Positions 28,676 to 39,268 of a stretch of DNA of 64,000 nt are shown here, piece after piece (position 1 is the first letter of the stretch; the number at the start of each line of letters is the position of its first letter). The notes beneath the pieces are model-generated. The model ran no database searches and was not told the origin of the DNA. It saw only the letters and a list, made by a program, of their open reading frames with translations. The DNA is from Lachnospiraceae bacterium (GTDB lineage Bacteria > Bacillota > Clostridia > Lachnospirales > Lachnospiraceae): the NCBI GenBank assembly GCA_017474455.1, contig JAFVHP010000029.1:16942-80941 (forward strand), read 5' to 3'. The position numbers and the translations under genes were made by a program.

Positions 28676-30165
28676 GCAGTGCGGTATTGATCCTTCTTCC
28701 CATGATCCTGCCGCTGGCAGCCGGCTTCTTTGTCATCGAAGCGGGATTTAAGGATGATCTGAAAAGGAACATATTTATCGAAGCGGCAGCCTGTCTGACG
28801 GCGCTTCTGGTCTTTTGCGCGATCTTCCTTGCAGGGAGTGAGCCGATCACGATATTCAGCTTTACCAGAGGCTTTTCCGTAACGTTCAGGATGGACAGGA
28901 TGGCGGCACTGTTTGCCGGCATGATCTCTCTCATGTGGCCGCTGGTGCTTCTGTATGCCTTTTCCTATATGGCCCATGATCCCGGAAGGAATTCTTTCCT
29001 GGGCTTTTATCTGATGACGTACGGTATAACGCTGGGCGTCGCGCTTTCAGCGGACCTGATCACCCTGTACGTCTTTTTTGAAATGCTGACGCTGGTGACA
29101 CTTCCCCTCGTCGCCCATTACCGGGATCATGAAAGCATGTACGCAGGCAGGCTATACGCGGCGTATACGATAGGAGGCGCATCCCTTGCGTTCATCCCTG
29201 TCGTCATGATCACGTTAAGGAGCGAGGGCGGGACGTTTATCTACGGCGGCGCGATCACACAGCCTTTGAGCGGCACCATGATCAGCATCCTGTTCCTGTT
29301 CGGCTTTTTCGGGTTCGGCGTAAAGGCGGCGCTGTTCCCGCTGCACGGATGGCTTCCGAAGGCTTCGGTCGCACCTACGCCGGTCACGGCTCTTTTGCAT
29401 GCGGTCGCCGTCGTCAATTCCGGCGTGTTTTCCGTCATGAGGATCACATATTATTCCTTCGGAGCTGATATTTTACGGGGCAGCGCAGCGCAGGATATTG
29501 CTGTCTTCGCTGCTGCATTTACGATGGTGTTCGCAGCCGTCATGGCTTTGAAAGAGAGGCATTTCAAACGCCGTCTGGCTTATTCCACTGTGTCCAATCT
29601 TTCCTATATGCTGTTCGGGACAGCTCTCATGACACCGGCAGGTTTTCTGGGCGGTCTTTCGCATATGGTCTTTCACAGTGTGATCAAAATGTCCCTTTTC
29701 CTTTGTGCCGGGGCATTTATGCATGTGACAGGAAAAGAGTACATATATGAAGTGGACGGTGTCGGCAGGAAAATGCCGGTGACGTTCGGTATCTATACAG
29801 CCGGCGCACTGTCTCTGACGGGGATACCGCTGTTCTGCGGGTTCATATCCAAATGGCAGCTGTTCACAGCCGGAGCTTCGGCGGGAACAAAAGCCGGCTA
29901 TGTCGGCGTTGCGGCGCTGCTTATATCCGCTTTTCTGTGCGCGATGTATACCCTGACCATATCCATCCGCGCATTTTTCCCCCAGGTCATGAATCCGGCG
30001 GGAAACACCGGAACCGGCACAAAGGTGTGGACAAAGGAAGAGATCAGGGAAGCGGATGCACTGATGCTGATACCGATGCTGTTTTTTGCCGCGCTGAATA
30101 TACTGATCGGGATATTTCCGGGACCGGTCATGGGATTTTTGGGTATGATCGCCAACGGATTATAA
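28672..30165 (+). CDS. Proton-conducting membrane subunit 3 (MrpA/NuoL-type TM8 His)
   Basis: ATG 28672 overlaps the upstream stop. FFEM, KAALFPLHGWLP, ALLHAVAVV, LAYSTVSN, GFISK. Confidence 0.9.
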   Translation: MSSAVLILLPMILPLAAGFFVIEAGFKDDLKRNIFIEAAACLTALLVFCAIFLAGSEPITIFSFTRGFSVTFRMDRMAALFAGMISLMWPLVLLYAFSYMAHDPGRNSFLGFYLMTYGITLGVALSADLITLYVFFEMLTLVTLPLVAHYRDHESMYAGRLYAAYTIGGASLAFIPVVMITLRSEGGTFIYGGAITQPLSGTMISILFLFGFFGFGVKAALFPLHGWLPKASVAPTPVTALLHAVAVVNSGVFSVMRITYYSFGADILRGSAAQDIAVFAAAFTMVFAAVMALKERHFKRRLAYSTVSNLSYMLFGTALMTPAGFLGGLSHMVFHSVIKMSLFLCAGAFMHVTGKEYIYEVDGVGRKMPVTFGIYTAGALSLTGIPLFCGFISKWQLFTAGASAGTKAGYVGVAALLISAFLCAMYTLTISIRAFFPQVMNPAGNTGTGTKVWTKEEIREADALMLIPMLFFAALNILIGIFPGPVMGFLGMIANGL

Positions 30166-30175
30166 AGGACTGCAG

Positions 30176-32245
30176 ATGATAGAAATACTGATTGCGCTTA
30201 TCGTATTTATGCCTTTCGCGGGAGCGGCGGCAGCTTATGTACTGGGAAACGGGAATGGATCCGGGGCGGAAAGTAAAAGGGACACCGCAGCCGTTGCGGT
30301 CACAGCTGCGGAATTTGTCCTTTCCATACTGCTTTTCGCAGCCGGAAAGGATATGCAGGGCTTTTCTCTTCCCGTGCTTTTTACGGAAGGTCTCGTCTTT
30401 ACCCTGTCAGGCTTCCGCAGGACATACTGCCTTGTCACGGCGCTGATGTGGTTTGGCACCACCGTGTTTTCCATGGAGTATTTCAGGCACGAGAGGAGAG
30501 CGCTGAACCGTTATTTCCTGTATGTACTGATGACGCTGGGCGCTACGGAAGGCGTTATGCTCTCCGGCAGCATGATGACCAGTTTTGTATTCTTTGAGAT
30601 CCTGTCCTTCACATCCTTTACATGGGTCATTCATGAAGAAAATGAAGGCGCGGTAAAGGCCGGGTATACCTACCTGTTTATTGCCGTGATCGGCGGCCTT
30701 ATCCTGTTTATGGGGATGGCGCTGCTGTATCATGCGGCAGGCACGCTGGATTATGACGCCCTGTCGGCTGTATTCAGGGATCACAGTATTGCGGAAACAG
30801 GAGAGATCTATGCGGCCGGTGTCTGTATCCTGTTGGGCTTCGGCGCAAAAGCGGGTATGTTCCCTTTGCACATCTGGCTGCCGAAGGCGCATCCCGTCGC
30901 ACCTTCACCGGGTTCCGCCCTGCTCTCGGGCGTACTGACCAAAGTCGGCATTTACGGCATACTGATGAGTGTGCTCTCCGTTTTTACAGCATCATTCCGG
31001 TTCGGGCTTACCGTTATGGCAGCAGGCGTGATCACGATGTTTCTGGGCGCGCTGCTGGCGCTGTTTTCCGTCAATCTGAAAAGGACGCTGGCCTGTTCCT
31101 CCATGTCCCAGATCGGCTTTATCCTGACCGGACTTTCCATGTATATGCTGCTTATGGCAGCGGGAGAACATCATGCGGCTTATATGACGCTGGCGGGTTC
31201 CATGCTGCACATGGTGAACCATTCGATGATCAAGCTGGTGCTGTTCATGGCAGCCGGTGTCGTGGTCATGAATATCCATGTGCTGACCCTCGACGAGATC
31301 AGAGGGTTCGGCGTTAAAAAGAACGCGCTGAAGGCGGCATTCCTCCTCGGCGCGCTCGGAATAAGCGGCGTACCGTTCTTTAACGGCTATATTTCCAAGA
31401 CGCTGATCCATGAAGGGATCGTTGAAGCCATAGAGTATTCTGAAGGGCTCTCTGCCCGCCTGCCGGGCCTTCTGCATGTGGTGGAATGGGTATTCCTTGT
31501 CAGCGGCGGCCTTACCTTTGCCTATATGTGCAAACTGTTTATCTGTGTGTTCATACAGAAGAACAGGGATCTGGAAAGACAAAGAGCCTTTGACGCGGAT
31601 CACAGGGGGATGGGGCTGTGCAGCACTCTTGTGATCTGTATACCGTCCCTTTTCATGATCATTCTGGGCAATCCGGCCATCATCAGGGCGCTGGGAAGCC
31701 TTATGAGCGGAGACGATGCGGTCAGAGGGTTCGCGCCGTTTACTCTTGGCAACCTTAAGGGCGGATTTATATCCCTGGCGATCGGGGCCGCCGTGTACCT
31801 GGTGATCGTAAGAAAGATCATGATGATGGACGGAAAGTACATGGATCTGTGGCCGGCAAAGCTGGACCTGGAAGATCTTGTTTACAGGCCTCTGCTGACC
31901 AGGATACTGCCCGGGATATTCGGGAAACTGGCAGCCTTTATCGACGCCCTGCCCGGCAATACGTTCTTTGTTAAAACGGTACCGTTCATTCTGACACTTA
32001 CGGGAAGGACACTGGTCAGCCTGCCGGATACCCTGATCGTTCTTTTGAGGAAAAGCATTGTCCGCGAACGGGCGGTACAGAGGGGAAATACGGAAAAAGT
32101 CGGCAGGCTCAGGGTGTTTGCGCGGGAAACATATGACGCGGCAGCCCCGCTTGTATCCAATTTTTCTTTTGCGCTTCTTATGACATGCATCGGCATCGTG
32201 GTCATATTCGGCGCGGTCATTTATCTGATCCTGACCAGGATGTGA
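30176..32245 (+). CDS. Proton-conducting membrane subunit 4 (long, HyfB-like C-terminal extension)
   Basis: FFEI, KAGMFPLHIWLP.AHP.AP, LSGVLTK, LACSSMSQ, GYISK, plus an extension of about 170 aa. Confidence 0.9.
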   Translation: MIEILIALIVFMPFAGAAAAYVLGNGNGSGAESKRDTAAVAVTAAEFVLSILLFAAGKDMQGFSLPVLFTEGLVFTLSGFRRTYCLVTALMWFGTTVFSMEYFRHERRALNRYFLYVLMTLGATEGVMLSGSMMTSFVFFEILSFTSFTWVIHEENEGAVKAGYTYLFIAVIGGLILFMGMALLYHAAGTLDYDALSAVFRDHSIAETGEIYAAGVCILLGFGAKAGMFPLHIWLPKAHPVAPSPGSALLSGVLTKVGIYGILMSVLSVFTASFRFGLTVMAAGVITMFLGALLALFSVNLKRTLACSSMSQIGFILTGLSMYMLLMAAGEHHAAYMTLAGSMLHMVNHSMIKLVLFMAAGVVVMNIHVLTLDEIRGFGVKKNALKAAFLLGALGISGVPFFNGYISKTLIHEGIVEAIEYSEGLSARLPGLLHVVEWVFLVSGGLTFAYMCKLFICVFIQKNRDLERQRAFDADHRGMGLCSTLVICIPSLFMIILGNPAIIRALGSLMSGDDAVRGFAPFTLGNLKGGFISLAIGAAVYLVIVRKIMMMDGKYMDLWPAKLDLEDLVYRPLLTRILPGIFGKLAAFIDALPGNTFFVKTVPFILTLTGRTLVSLPDTLIVLLRKSIVRERAVQRGNTEKVGRLRVFARETYDAAAPLVSNFSFALLMTCIGIVVIFGAVIYLILTRM

Positions 32246-32269
32246 TCCCGGTACAGCTTTGACTTACGC

Positions 32270-33673
32270 ATGAAAGACAGGACTTTTGCATCCACAAACA
32301 GCAGATACTTCGGCGACAGGGCTTTTTACCGCAGGGTAGCGGCCATAGTCCTCCCGATGATCATCCAGAATACGCTGACCAATATCGTCAGCCTTCTGGA
32401 CAATATCATGGTCGGCAGGGTCGGCACACTGCAGATGTCCGCCGTGGCCATAGTCAACCAGATCCTTTTTGTGTTCTATCTGTGCGTATTCGGCGCAGTT
32501 GCCGGAGCCGGCATTTATACAACGCAGTTCTTCGGCAGGAAGGATGACGACGGCGTCAGGTACTCGGTCAGGTTCAAACTTTTCTGTGTTGCGCTTTTGA
32601 CCGCCGGCACGCTGATCCTTTTGCTTACGGCGGGAAGAAGCCTGATCGGGACATATATTGCGAAAGAGACCTCCGCTGCGGACGCGTCGGCCACGATGCA
32701 GTATGCCATGAGCTACATGATGATCATGCTTACCGGACTGGTGCCGTTTTCGCTGACACAGGTCTATGCCGGTACGATGCGTGAATCGGGACATACGGGT
32801 ACGCCCATGGCGGCCAGCATGGCGGCGATGGCGATCAATTTTGTCCTCAACCTGCTCCTGATCTTCGGCCTTCTGGGTTTCCCCAGGCTCGGCGTGAAGG
32901 GTGCGGCCATAGCGACTGTAGTCTCCCGGTTTGCAGAATTTGCCATTGTCGCCTTCAGATCCCACAGGGATAAAGAGACCTTCACCTATATCAGGGGACT
33001 GTACAGTTCTTTATATATACCGCGGAACCTGTTCATATCCATCCTGGTCAGGGCACTGCCGCTTTTCCTGAATGAATTTTTATGGAGTTTCGGGCAGGCA
33101 AGGCTCCTGCAGTGTTATTCCGTACGCGGCCTGAATGTGATCGCCGCGATGAATATCGCGAATACCATTTCACAGATCTTCATGTCGTTCTTCCTGTCCA
33201 TGGGCAATGCGGCAGGCATCCTGACCGACCAGCAGCTCGGGGCCGGGGAATTCGACACGGCGAAGCAGACGGCGGACAGAATGATAACGCTTTCTTTCAT
33301 GGTCAGCATAGCGACCGGCCTTATCCTGTTTTTGATCTCACCTGTCTTTCCCGCCGTATACAATACGGAACCGGAAGTGCGCCGCCTGGCCTCCAAGTGC
33401 CTGAAGGTCGTTGCGGTGACGGCGCCGCTTGCAGCCCTGGCGAATGCGATGTATTTTGTGATTAGGAGTGGAGGGAAGACATTCATCACTTTCCTGTTCG
33501 ATTCCTGTTTCATGTGGGTGGCGACGGTCCCGGCGGCATATGTGCTCACACACTATACGGATATGCCTGCCGTGCTGATCTATCTTTGCGTTATGATGCT
33601 GGACCTGATCAAATGCGTGATCGGGCTGGTCATGATCAAAAAGGGTATCTGGGTAAAGAATATTGTCGCGTAA
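32270..33673 (+). CDS. MATE family efflux transporter
   Basis: LPMIIQNTLTNIVSLLDNIMVG, NFVLNLLLIFGLLGFPRLGVKGAAIATVVSR. Confidence 0.92.
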   Translation: MKDRTFASTNSRYFGDRAFYRRVAAIVLPMIIQNTLTNIVSLLDNIMVGRVGTLQMSAVAIVNQILFVFYLCVFGAVAGAGIYTTQFFGRKDDDGVRYSVRFKLFCVALLTAGTLILLLTAGRSLIGTYIAKETSAADASATMQYAMSYMMIMLTGLVPFSLTQVYAGTMRESGHTGTPMAASMAAMAINFVLNLLLIFGLLGFPRLGVKGAAIATVVSRFAEFAIVAFRSHRDKETFTYIRGLYSSLYIPRNLFISILVRALPLFLNEFLWSFGQARLLQCYSVRGLNVIAAMNIANTISQIFMSFFLSMGNAAGILTDQQLGAGEFDTAKQTADRMITLSFMVSIATGLILFLISPVFPAVYNTEPEVRRLASKCLKVVAVTAPLAALANAMYFVIRSGGKTFITFLFDSCFMWVATVPAAYVLTHYTDMPAVLIYLCVMMLDLIKCVIGLVMIKKGIWVKNIVA

Positions 33674-36377
33674 ACGTGGTGTTGTCCTATACAGTGTTCT
33701 GTACTGCCTCCTGGCTGCCGGTATCTGGGGGTGGTTTTATCTTGCCGGCAGGTCATTTATCTGCGACGCGGATGCCTATGAGCAGCACATAAATGCCATG
33801 ATGCTGTACGGCAGATGGCTGAGGGCCTGTCCCGGGTACCTTATCGCCGGTCTGAAGGCCGGCAGGGGATTCATGCTGCCCAATTATTCTTTCGGACTGG
33901 GATACGGCGGCGATATCTATACTTCACTGCAGTATTACGCCGTGGGAGATCCGCTGAACCTGCCGCTTGCGTTCATTCCGACGCGGGCAGTTTATTATTA
34001 TTATCATTTCCTGATCCTTTTAAGACCATATCTTGCAGGTCTTTCCTTTATTGCGCTTTCCGGGTATCTGTACCGCGGCAAAGATAAGGAAAACAGCGGG
34101 ATGACCCGCGGGATCATTTCCGGGGCACTGGTGTATGCGTTTTCCGGGACCGTCCTGTTTATCGGCATGTGGAATCCTTTCTTTACGGCACCGATGATCC
34201 TGCTGCCGCTCATGATCCTCGGCGCGAGGCGAATCATGGATCTGAAACGCCCAGGGCTTTTTATCGCGGCTGTATTTGCCGCGGGCATCACCAATTTCTA
34301 TTTCTTTTATATGCTTGTGCTCATGACGGCAGGGTACTGCATTATCTCGGTCTTTAGCGGTGAAGATAAAAAAGGATTCAGGGAAGCGGCAGGAACGATA
34401 CTCAGGATATTTGCCTGCGGTGTGCTGGGGACGATGATGGCCATGTTCATCCTGCTCCCCGTGGCGCTTGCCTTTGTATCCAATCCCAGGGCAGGCGTGC
34501 TCGAACACGGTGTCCGTATCCTCTATGAAGCGGATTATTACAGGGAGCTTTTGCGCAACCTGACGGCATATATCTATCATCCGCGGTACGATACGGAACT
34601 GTGCCTTACTTTCATAGCGCTTCCCGCTATGGCATATCTCTTTACGGAACGCAGAAAGAACAGGCGCCTCTTTATCCTGGTGGTCATCATGGCCGTAATG
34701 CTGCTCATACCGGCTGCAGGCTATGTGATGGGCGGTTTTTCCTATATGATCAACAGATGGTGCTTCGCCTTTGCGCTGCCTGTATCATACACAGCAGCGA
34801 TGTTCATCGACCGGTGCGGGGGTTTTGACAGGAAGCAGCGGCTCATCGTCACCGCGGCTTCGGCCTGCTACTGTCTTGCCGTATTCGTTTTCTGCCGGCA
34901 CGGCATTGAGAGGGCGGCACTGTGCCAGATCGTCATCCTGGTCATATTCTGTGTGATCTGTATGGTCCCGTTCATTTCAGAACGCCTGGGATCCGGATGC
35001 GGCATCATGGCATCAGCTCTGGTCCTGGCGGCCATATTGTGCAACGGCTATTTCGCGAATGCGGAAAAAGAAGGAAATCTTCCGTCGGGCTTTGTCGAAG
35101 CGTCGGGCGGCAGTGCTTTTTACGAGCAGTATATGTCCAATGAAGTGCTCGCGCTCAAAGAGGTAACGGGAAAAGACGCCGGCGGTTTTATGCGGTATAC
35201 GGGCAGGAATCTGATCTGGAACAGCCCGCTCATGACCGGCATCAGTTCCACCCAGTTCTACTGGAGCCTTGCGAACGGCGCGATCGCGGATTATATGTCT
35301 GAAATGGCATTGAACGAGATGGCGGACTATTCCTATTTCGGACTGGATGACAGACTTGCGCTGCTGGCGCTGTCGGGAACGGATTATTATACGCTGCGGT
35401 ATCAGACAGATGAAGAAGCCGCCTATGTGCCGGCAGGTTTCACCAAAGCGGGTGACTACTATAATTTCGGCGTTTTTGAAAACGCGCTGAAGACCGGCGC
35501 CGGATATGTATATACAGACAGGATCTCACAGGAGCAGTATATGCAGATGGAGCCTTATATGCGTGATGAAGCGCTGATGCAGGCTGTATATACGGAAAAT
35601 GACGCGGCCGGCGAAAGTACGCTCCCCGGACCGGAGTTTACATATACGATGAGTCCCGTGACCCTGACGCCGGGGGAGGGTGTCGTCCTTGAAGGCGATT
35701 CCTTCGTCGTTTCCGAAGAAGGCGCGGAATGCGCCATACGTTTTGATGGGGCAGAGCAGAGCGAGACTATGCTGTATATTGAAGGCCTGGAATATGACGG
35801 GGACGTGTCCGCCATGAATATAGCTGTCCGGGGAGAGAACGGAACGGTCAAGTATATCGCCTACAAGACACCGGGGTCACAGTTCTACAGCGGATGGCAT
35901 GATTACCTGGTCAACCTCTGTTATTCGGAACAGGCATGCGGCAGGATGACCCTGCAGTTTCCCGTTAAGGGGACCTACCGCTTTGATTCGCTGAGTGTTG
36001 TATGTAAACCGGTCGTTCCTTATTTTGAACATCTTGTCAGACTGACGCAGGGTGGCAGCCTGGACATGCGTATCGGTGAAAGCGGTATATCCCATACGAC
36101 GGCGGTCGTGAACGGAAGTGTGGCTTCAGCGGAAGGCGGATTCATGCTCCTTGTCATCCCCTGGCAGAAGGGGTGGAGCATCCTTATCGACGGACAAAAG
36201 AGCCCGCTGTATAAAGCCAACACCATGTTTATGGGAACGGAGATCACCCCCGGCGAGCATACATTCGAACTGTATTACAGGACGCCAGGCCTTATTGAGG
36301 GGGCGATCATATCACTGGCGGCATGTATCGCTGTCCCGGGCTTTCTTTTCCTGCAAAAAAGAAGAACAGGCCGGTAG
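33663..36377 (+). CDS. YfhO family membrane protein (GT-C-type glycosyltransferase)
   Basis: TTG start. N-terminal D..QH, YYAVGDPLNL, many TM segments, C-terminal IPWQKGWSILIDG..L.Y.TPG. Confidence 0.85.
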   Translation: MSRKRGVVLYSVLYCLLAAGIWGWFYLAGRSFICDADAYEQHINAMMLYGRWLRACPGYLIAGLKAGRGFMLPNYSFGLGYGGDIYTSLQYYAVGDPLNLPLAFIPTRAVYYYYHFLILLRPYLAGLSFIALSGYLYRGKDKENSGMTRGIISGALVYAFSGTVLFIGMWNPFFTAPMILLPLMILGARRIMDLKRPGLFIAAVFAAGITNFYFFYMLVLMTAGYCIISVFSGEDKKGFREAAGTILRIFACGVLGTMMAMFILLPVALAFVSNPRAGVLEHGVRILYEADYYRELLRNLTAYIYHPRYDTELCLTFIALPAMAYLFTERRKNRRLFILVVIMAVMLLIPAAGYVMGGFSYMINRWCFAFALPVSYTAAMFIDRCGGFDRKQRLIVTAASACYCLAVFVFCRHGIERAALCQIVILVIFCVICMVPFISERLGSGCGIMASALVLAAILCNGYFANAEKEGNLPSGFVEASGGSAFYEQYMSNEVLALKEVTGKDAGGFMRYTGRNLIWNSPLMTGISSTQFYWSLANGAIADYMSEMALNEMADYSYFGLDDRLALLALSGTDYYTLRYQTDEEAAYVPAGFTKAGDYYNFGVFENALKTGAGYVYTDRISQEQYMQMEPYMRDEALMQAVYTENDAAGESTLPGPEFTYTMSPVTLTPGEGVVLEGDSFVVSEEGAECAIRFDGAEQSETMLYIEGLEYDGDVSAMNIAVRGENGTVKYIAYKTPGSQFYSGWHDYLVNLCYSEQACGRMTLQFPVKGTYRFDSLSVVCKPVVPYFEHLVRLTQGGSLDMRIGESGISHTTAVVNGSVASAEGGFMLLVIPWQKGWSILIDGQKSPLYKANTMFMGTEITPGEHTFELYYRTPGLIEGAIISLAACIAVPGFLFLQKRRTGR

Positions 36378-36383
36378 CTTATT

Positions 36384-37136
36384 ATGTATATTCAGAACAG
36401 AAAAAACATACTGTCCGGCACGCTGATGCTGTCGGCTGGTGTCAGGATCCTGACGGATTCCGTGTCGGCAGTACTGCATTACAGGGCGACAAAAAGCACA
36501 CTGCCCACCTTCGGCAACGTGAGTTACTGGCATGCGCAGAACGTCCTGTCCGTGATCCAGATCATCTGCACGGCCGTCGTTTTCCTCATGGCTTTGCGGA
36601 GGATCCGGCATTACCGGAACGTGCTGCCGAAAGAAGAATTCGCGGAGATGGCAAAACTGCAGGAAGAGGTCATTGGCGACGGTCTCTCCAGCCTTTCGTC
36701 TTATTCCATCGTCCAGCTCCTGCAGGTATGGGCCGTGATCCTGATCGGTGTCCAGATCATATATGATGTCAATGCCACGATCTACCGGGATATGATCATC
36801 GATATGGCCGGCATGATCAGCTCCGGCGAGACCGGCGCGGTCTTTGTGGAAATCTACAACGACTCCCATGGCTTTAAGTATATGGGCATGGCGGTCGCCA
36901 TTATGCTGGGCATTTATGTCACGGGCATCTTCCTTAAGGACCGTGCCCTGAAGATCGCCGTGATGATCACCGCGCTGGGATTTATCAGCGCCTTCCTGTT
37001 CTTCGGAATGCAGATCATACAGATCAGCTCGGTACAGATCGGGATCGTCTGGACGTCGGTCATTTTCCACCTGCTGGAGACGGCGGGACTTTTCTGTATG
37101 GCGCTGTACATTAGAAAGCATTACAAAGGAGTCTGA
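36384..37136 (+). CDS. Hypothetical multi-pass membrane protein
   Basis: About 6 hydrophobic segments; co-oriented with and tightly packed between its neighbours. Confidence 0.7.
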   Translation: MYIQNRKNILSGTLMLSAGVRILTDSVSAVLHYRATKSTLPTFGNVSYWHAQNVLSVIQIICTAVVFLMALRRIRHYRNVLPKEEFAEMAKLQEEVIGDGLSSLSSYSIVQLLQVWAVILIGVQIIYDVNATIYRDMIIDMAGMISSGETGAVFVEIYNDSHGFKYMGMAVAIMLGIYVTGIFLKDRALKIAVMITALGFISAFLFFGMQIIQISSVQIGIVWTSVIFHLLETAGLFCMALYIRKHYKGV

Positions 37137-37143
37137 AACAGCA

Positions 37144-38841
37144 GTGAACACATTCAGGAAATACATCGTTCCGGCCCTCTGCCTTATGGTGATCCTCCTG
37201 GTCACCGTATTCCCTTATTTTAAGGACGGCCTTTACGGATATGCGCCGGATTATCTGTACCATCTGAACAGGATAGAAGGTGTCAGGGACGCGCTCAGGA
37301 CAGGGACTTACCCTGCGGCGGTGTATCCTCACTTTTACTACGGTCAGGGATACGGATCGGCATTATTCTATCCGGACATTTTCCTTCTTTTGCCCGCTGT
37401 CCTCGGCTTACTTGGCATGCCGGCCGTGACCGCGCTGAAAGTCTTTATGAGCCTTGTCTGCCTTTTGGCCGGCGTTTCGACCTACTGCTGCTTCAGGTAC
37501 ATCACCGGGGAGATGCGGACCGCCCTGACCGGTACTTTCCTCCTTATGCTGAGCCAGTTCTACCTGGCAGACCTCATCGTCCGAAGCGGTTTCAGCGGAT
37601 ATATGTGCTATGTATTCCTGCCTCTCTGGGTTGCCGGATTATATGATTTCTTTGTAAGGGAAGGCAGAAAGGTATGGCTCATCGGGGCAGGCCTGACCGG
37701 CATGGTCCTCTGCCATACGATAAACACGTTCCTTGCCCTTTTTATTACAGTGCTCGTTTTTCTGTTCTCACTTATCTTCAGGAAAGGAAGGGCGGCGGTA
37801 AGAGATGCAGCACGGATGAAGAGGCTTGTCCTGACAGCCGGTATCTGTATCCTTCTGTCCGCTTTCTATACTTTCCCGCTGCTTGAACAGATGACGGGCA
37901 GCGTAGACTTTACCTACAGCCATCCCTGGGCGTTCGTCGGGGAATTTGTCCAGCCGTTCGAAAACTTCTTCCTGCCGACGGGGTATTTTTTCAATATCGC
38001 TTATGTGGGCATAGGCATTCCGGTCATCATAATGGCAGGCGCCAGGGTATTTGCCGGAGAAAGAGCCTCAAAGAGCGGCAGGGCATTCTATTATGCCGGC
38101 CTAATACTGCTTCTTTCCATGACCCGGATCGTACCTTGGAAGAGCCTTGAAAAAACCGTTTTCAACCAGCTGCAGTTCACTTTCCGGATCTATCCTTTCG
38201 CGCTGATATTCCTGATCACGGGGATCTGCATCCTGATCAGGGACATGCAGGACGAGAGGATCCGTACAGGCTGCGCCGTAACTGCTGCAGTACTGTGCGT
38301 GATCTTCGGGATCTGGCAGAACATGACCGTTATGCCGAATGAGTTCTGGGTCATCGACAGGGAAACGATACGGGAGTATTCGGACCTTTCCGGGAAAGGG
38401 GAATGGCTGCCTTACTCTTATGATCCGGAAATGGGCAAGGCACTGTCAGCCCTTGATCCTTTTGTATATTATGAAAATGAACCCGAAATGTTCCTGCCGT
38501 ATTTAAGACTTACGGCCGGCGCGGGCGGAGTGTTCGAAAAACCGGAAACGGAAGAAGCGGTGGATATCATCGTCCCGCAGATCTATTACAAAGGTTATGC
38601 GGCCAAAGGGGACGACGGCACTGTCTATTCCGTATCCTGTGCTGATAACGGCCTGACGAGAGTAGAGGCGGTAAAGAATGGCGGAACGATAACCGTCAGG
38701 TATAAAAGGACGGCAGTGCAGGTGCTGTCGATCATCGTGTCAGTACTGACGGTTGCAGCGCTTGTCATCTGCCCGGCAGTTTATAATAAACGGAAGAACA
38801 GAGTATCGGATCATATGGAACGGCTGAAAAATGGACAATAA
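37144..38841 (+). CDS. GT-C-fold membrane protein (6-pyruvoyl-tetrahydropterin synthase-related/YfhO-like)
   Basis: GTG start. DYLYHLNRIEG, YGQGYGSALFYP, QFTFR, PQIYYKGY. Confidence 0.78.
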   Translation: MNTFRKYIVPALCLMVILLVTVFPYFKDGLYGYAPDYLYHLNRIEGVRDALRTGTYPAAVYPHFYYGQGYGSALFYPDIFLLLPAVLGLLGMPAVTALKVFMSLVCLLAGVSTYCCFRYITGEMRTALTGTFLLMLSQFYLADLIVRSGFSGYMCYVFLPLWVAGLYDFFVREGRKVWLIGAGLTGMVLCHTINTFLALFITVLVFLFSLIFRKGRAAVRDAARMKRLVLTAGICILLSAFYTFPLLEQMTGSVDFTYSHPWAFVGEFVQPFENFFLPTGYFFNIAYVGIGIPVIIMAGARVFAGERASKSGRAFYYAGLILLLSMTRIVPWKSLEKTVFNQLQFTFRIYPFALIFLITGICILIRDMQDERIRTGCAVTAAVLCVIFGIWQNMTVMPNEFWVIDRETIREYSDLSGKGEWLPYSYDPEMGKALSALDPFVYYENEPEMFLPYLRLTAGAGGVFEKPETEEAVDIIVPQIYYKGYAAKGDDGTVYSVSCADNGLTRVEAVKNGGTITVRYKRTAVQVLSIIVSVLTVAALVICPAVYNKRKNRVSDHMERLKNGQ

Positions 38842-39268
38842 AAGCAAATATACCACAAGGCAGAAAAAAGAACTGGAAGAATACATGGAAACGATACCCG
38901 GCGTGCATGTTACTGCCGCCCAGGTAAGGGACTATTTCCGTGCCCAGGGTAAAGACATCGGTACTGCGACCATTTACAGACAGCTGGAACGGATGGTCAG
39001 TGAAGGTCTGGTCAGCAAATATATCATCGACAGTAAATCCTCCGCCTGCTTTGCCTACATAGGAGAATCCGAACATGTGCAGGACAGCGTATGCTTTCAC
39101 TGCAAGTGCGAAAAGTGCGGCAGGCTGATCCATCTCCACTGCGAAGAGCTCGAGACGATCCAGGAGCACCTGATGAAGACACACCGCTTTGCCCTCGATC
39201 CGCTGCGTACAGTATTTTACGGGATCTGTGAAGACTGTCTCACAAAAGAACAGGACGATATAGAATGA
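38831..39268 (+). CDS. Fur family transcriptional regulator (possibly Zur-like)
   Basis: HVTAAQV, IGTATIYRQL, two CxxC motifs (CEKC, CEDC). Confidence 0.88.
   Translation: MDNKSKYTTRQKKELEEYMETIPGVHVTAAQVRDYFRAQGKDIGTATIYRQLERMVSEGLVSKYIIDSKSSACFAYIGESEHVQDSVCFHCKCEKCGRLIHLHCEELETIQEHLMKTHRFALDPLRTVFYGICEDCLTKEQDDIE

Noticed and set aside
22733-32245. Membrane-bound hydrogenase or complex I
   Set aside because: No NiFe large subunit, NuoB/NuoI Fe-S or NuoH-like gene in or beside the operon.
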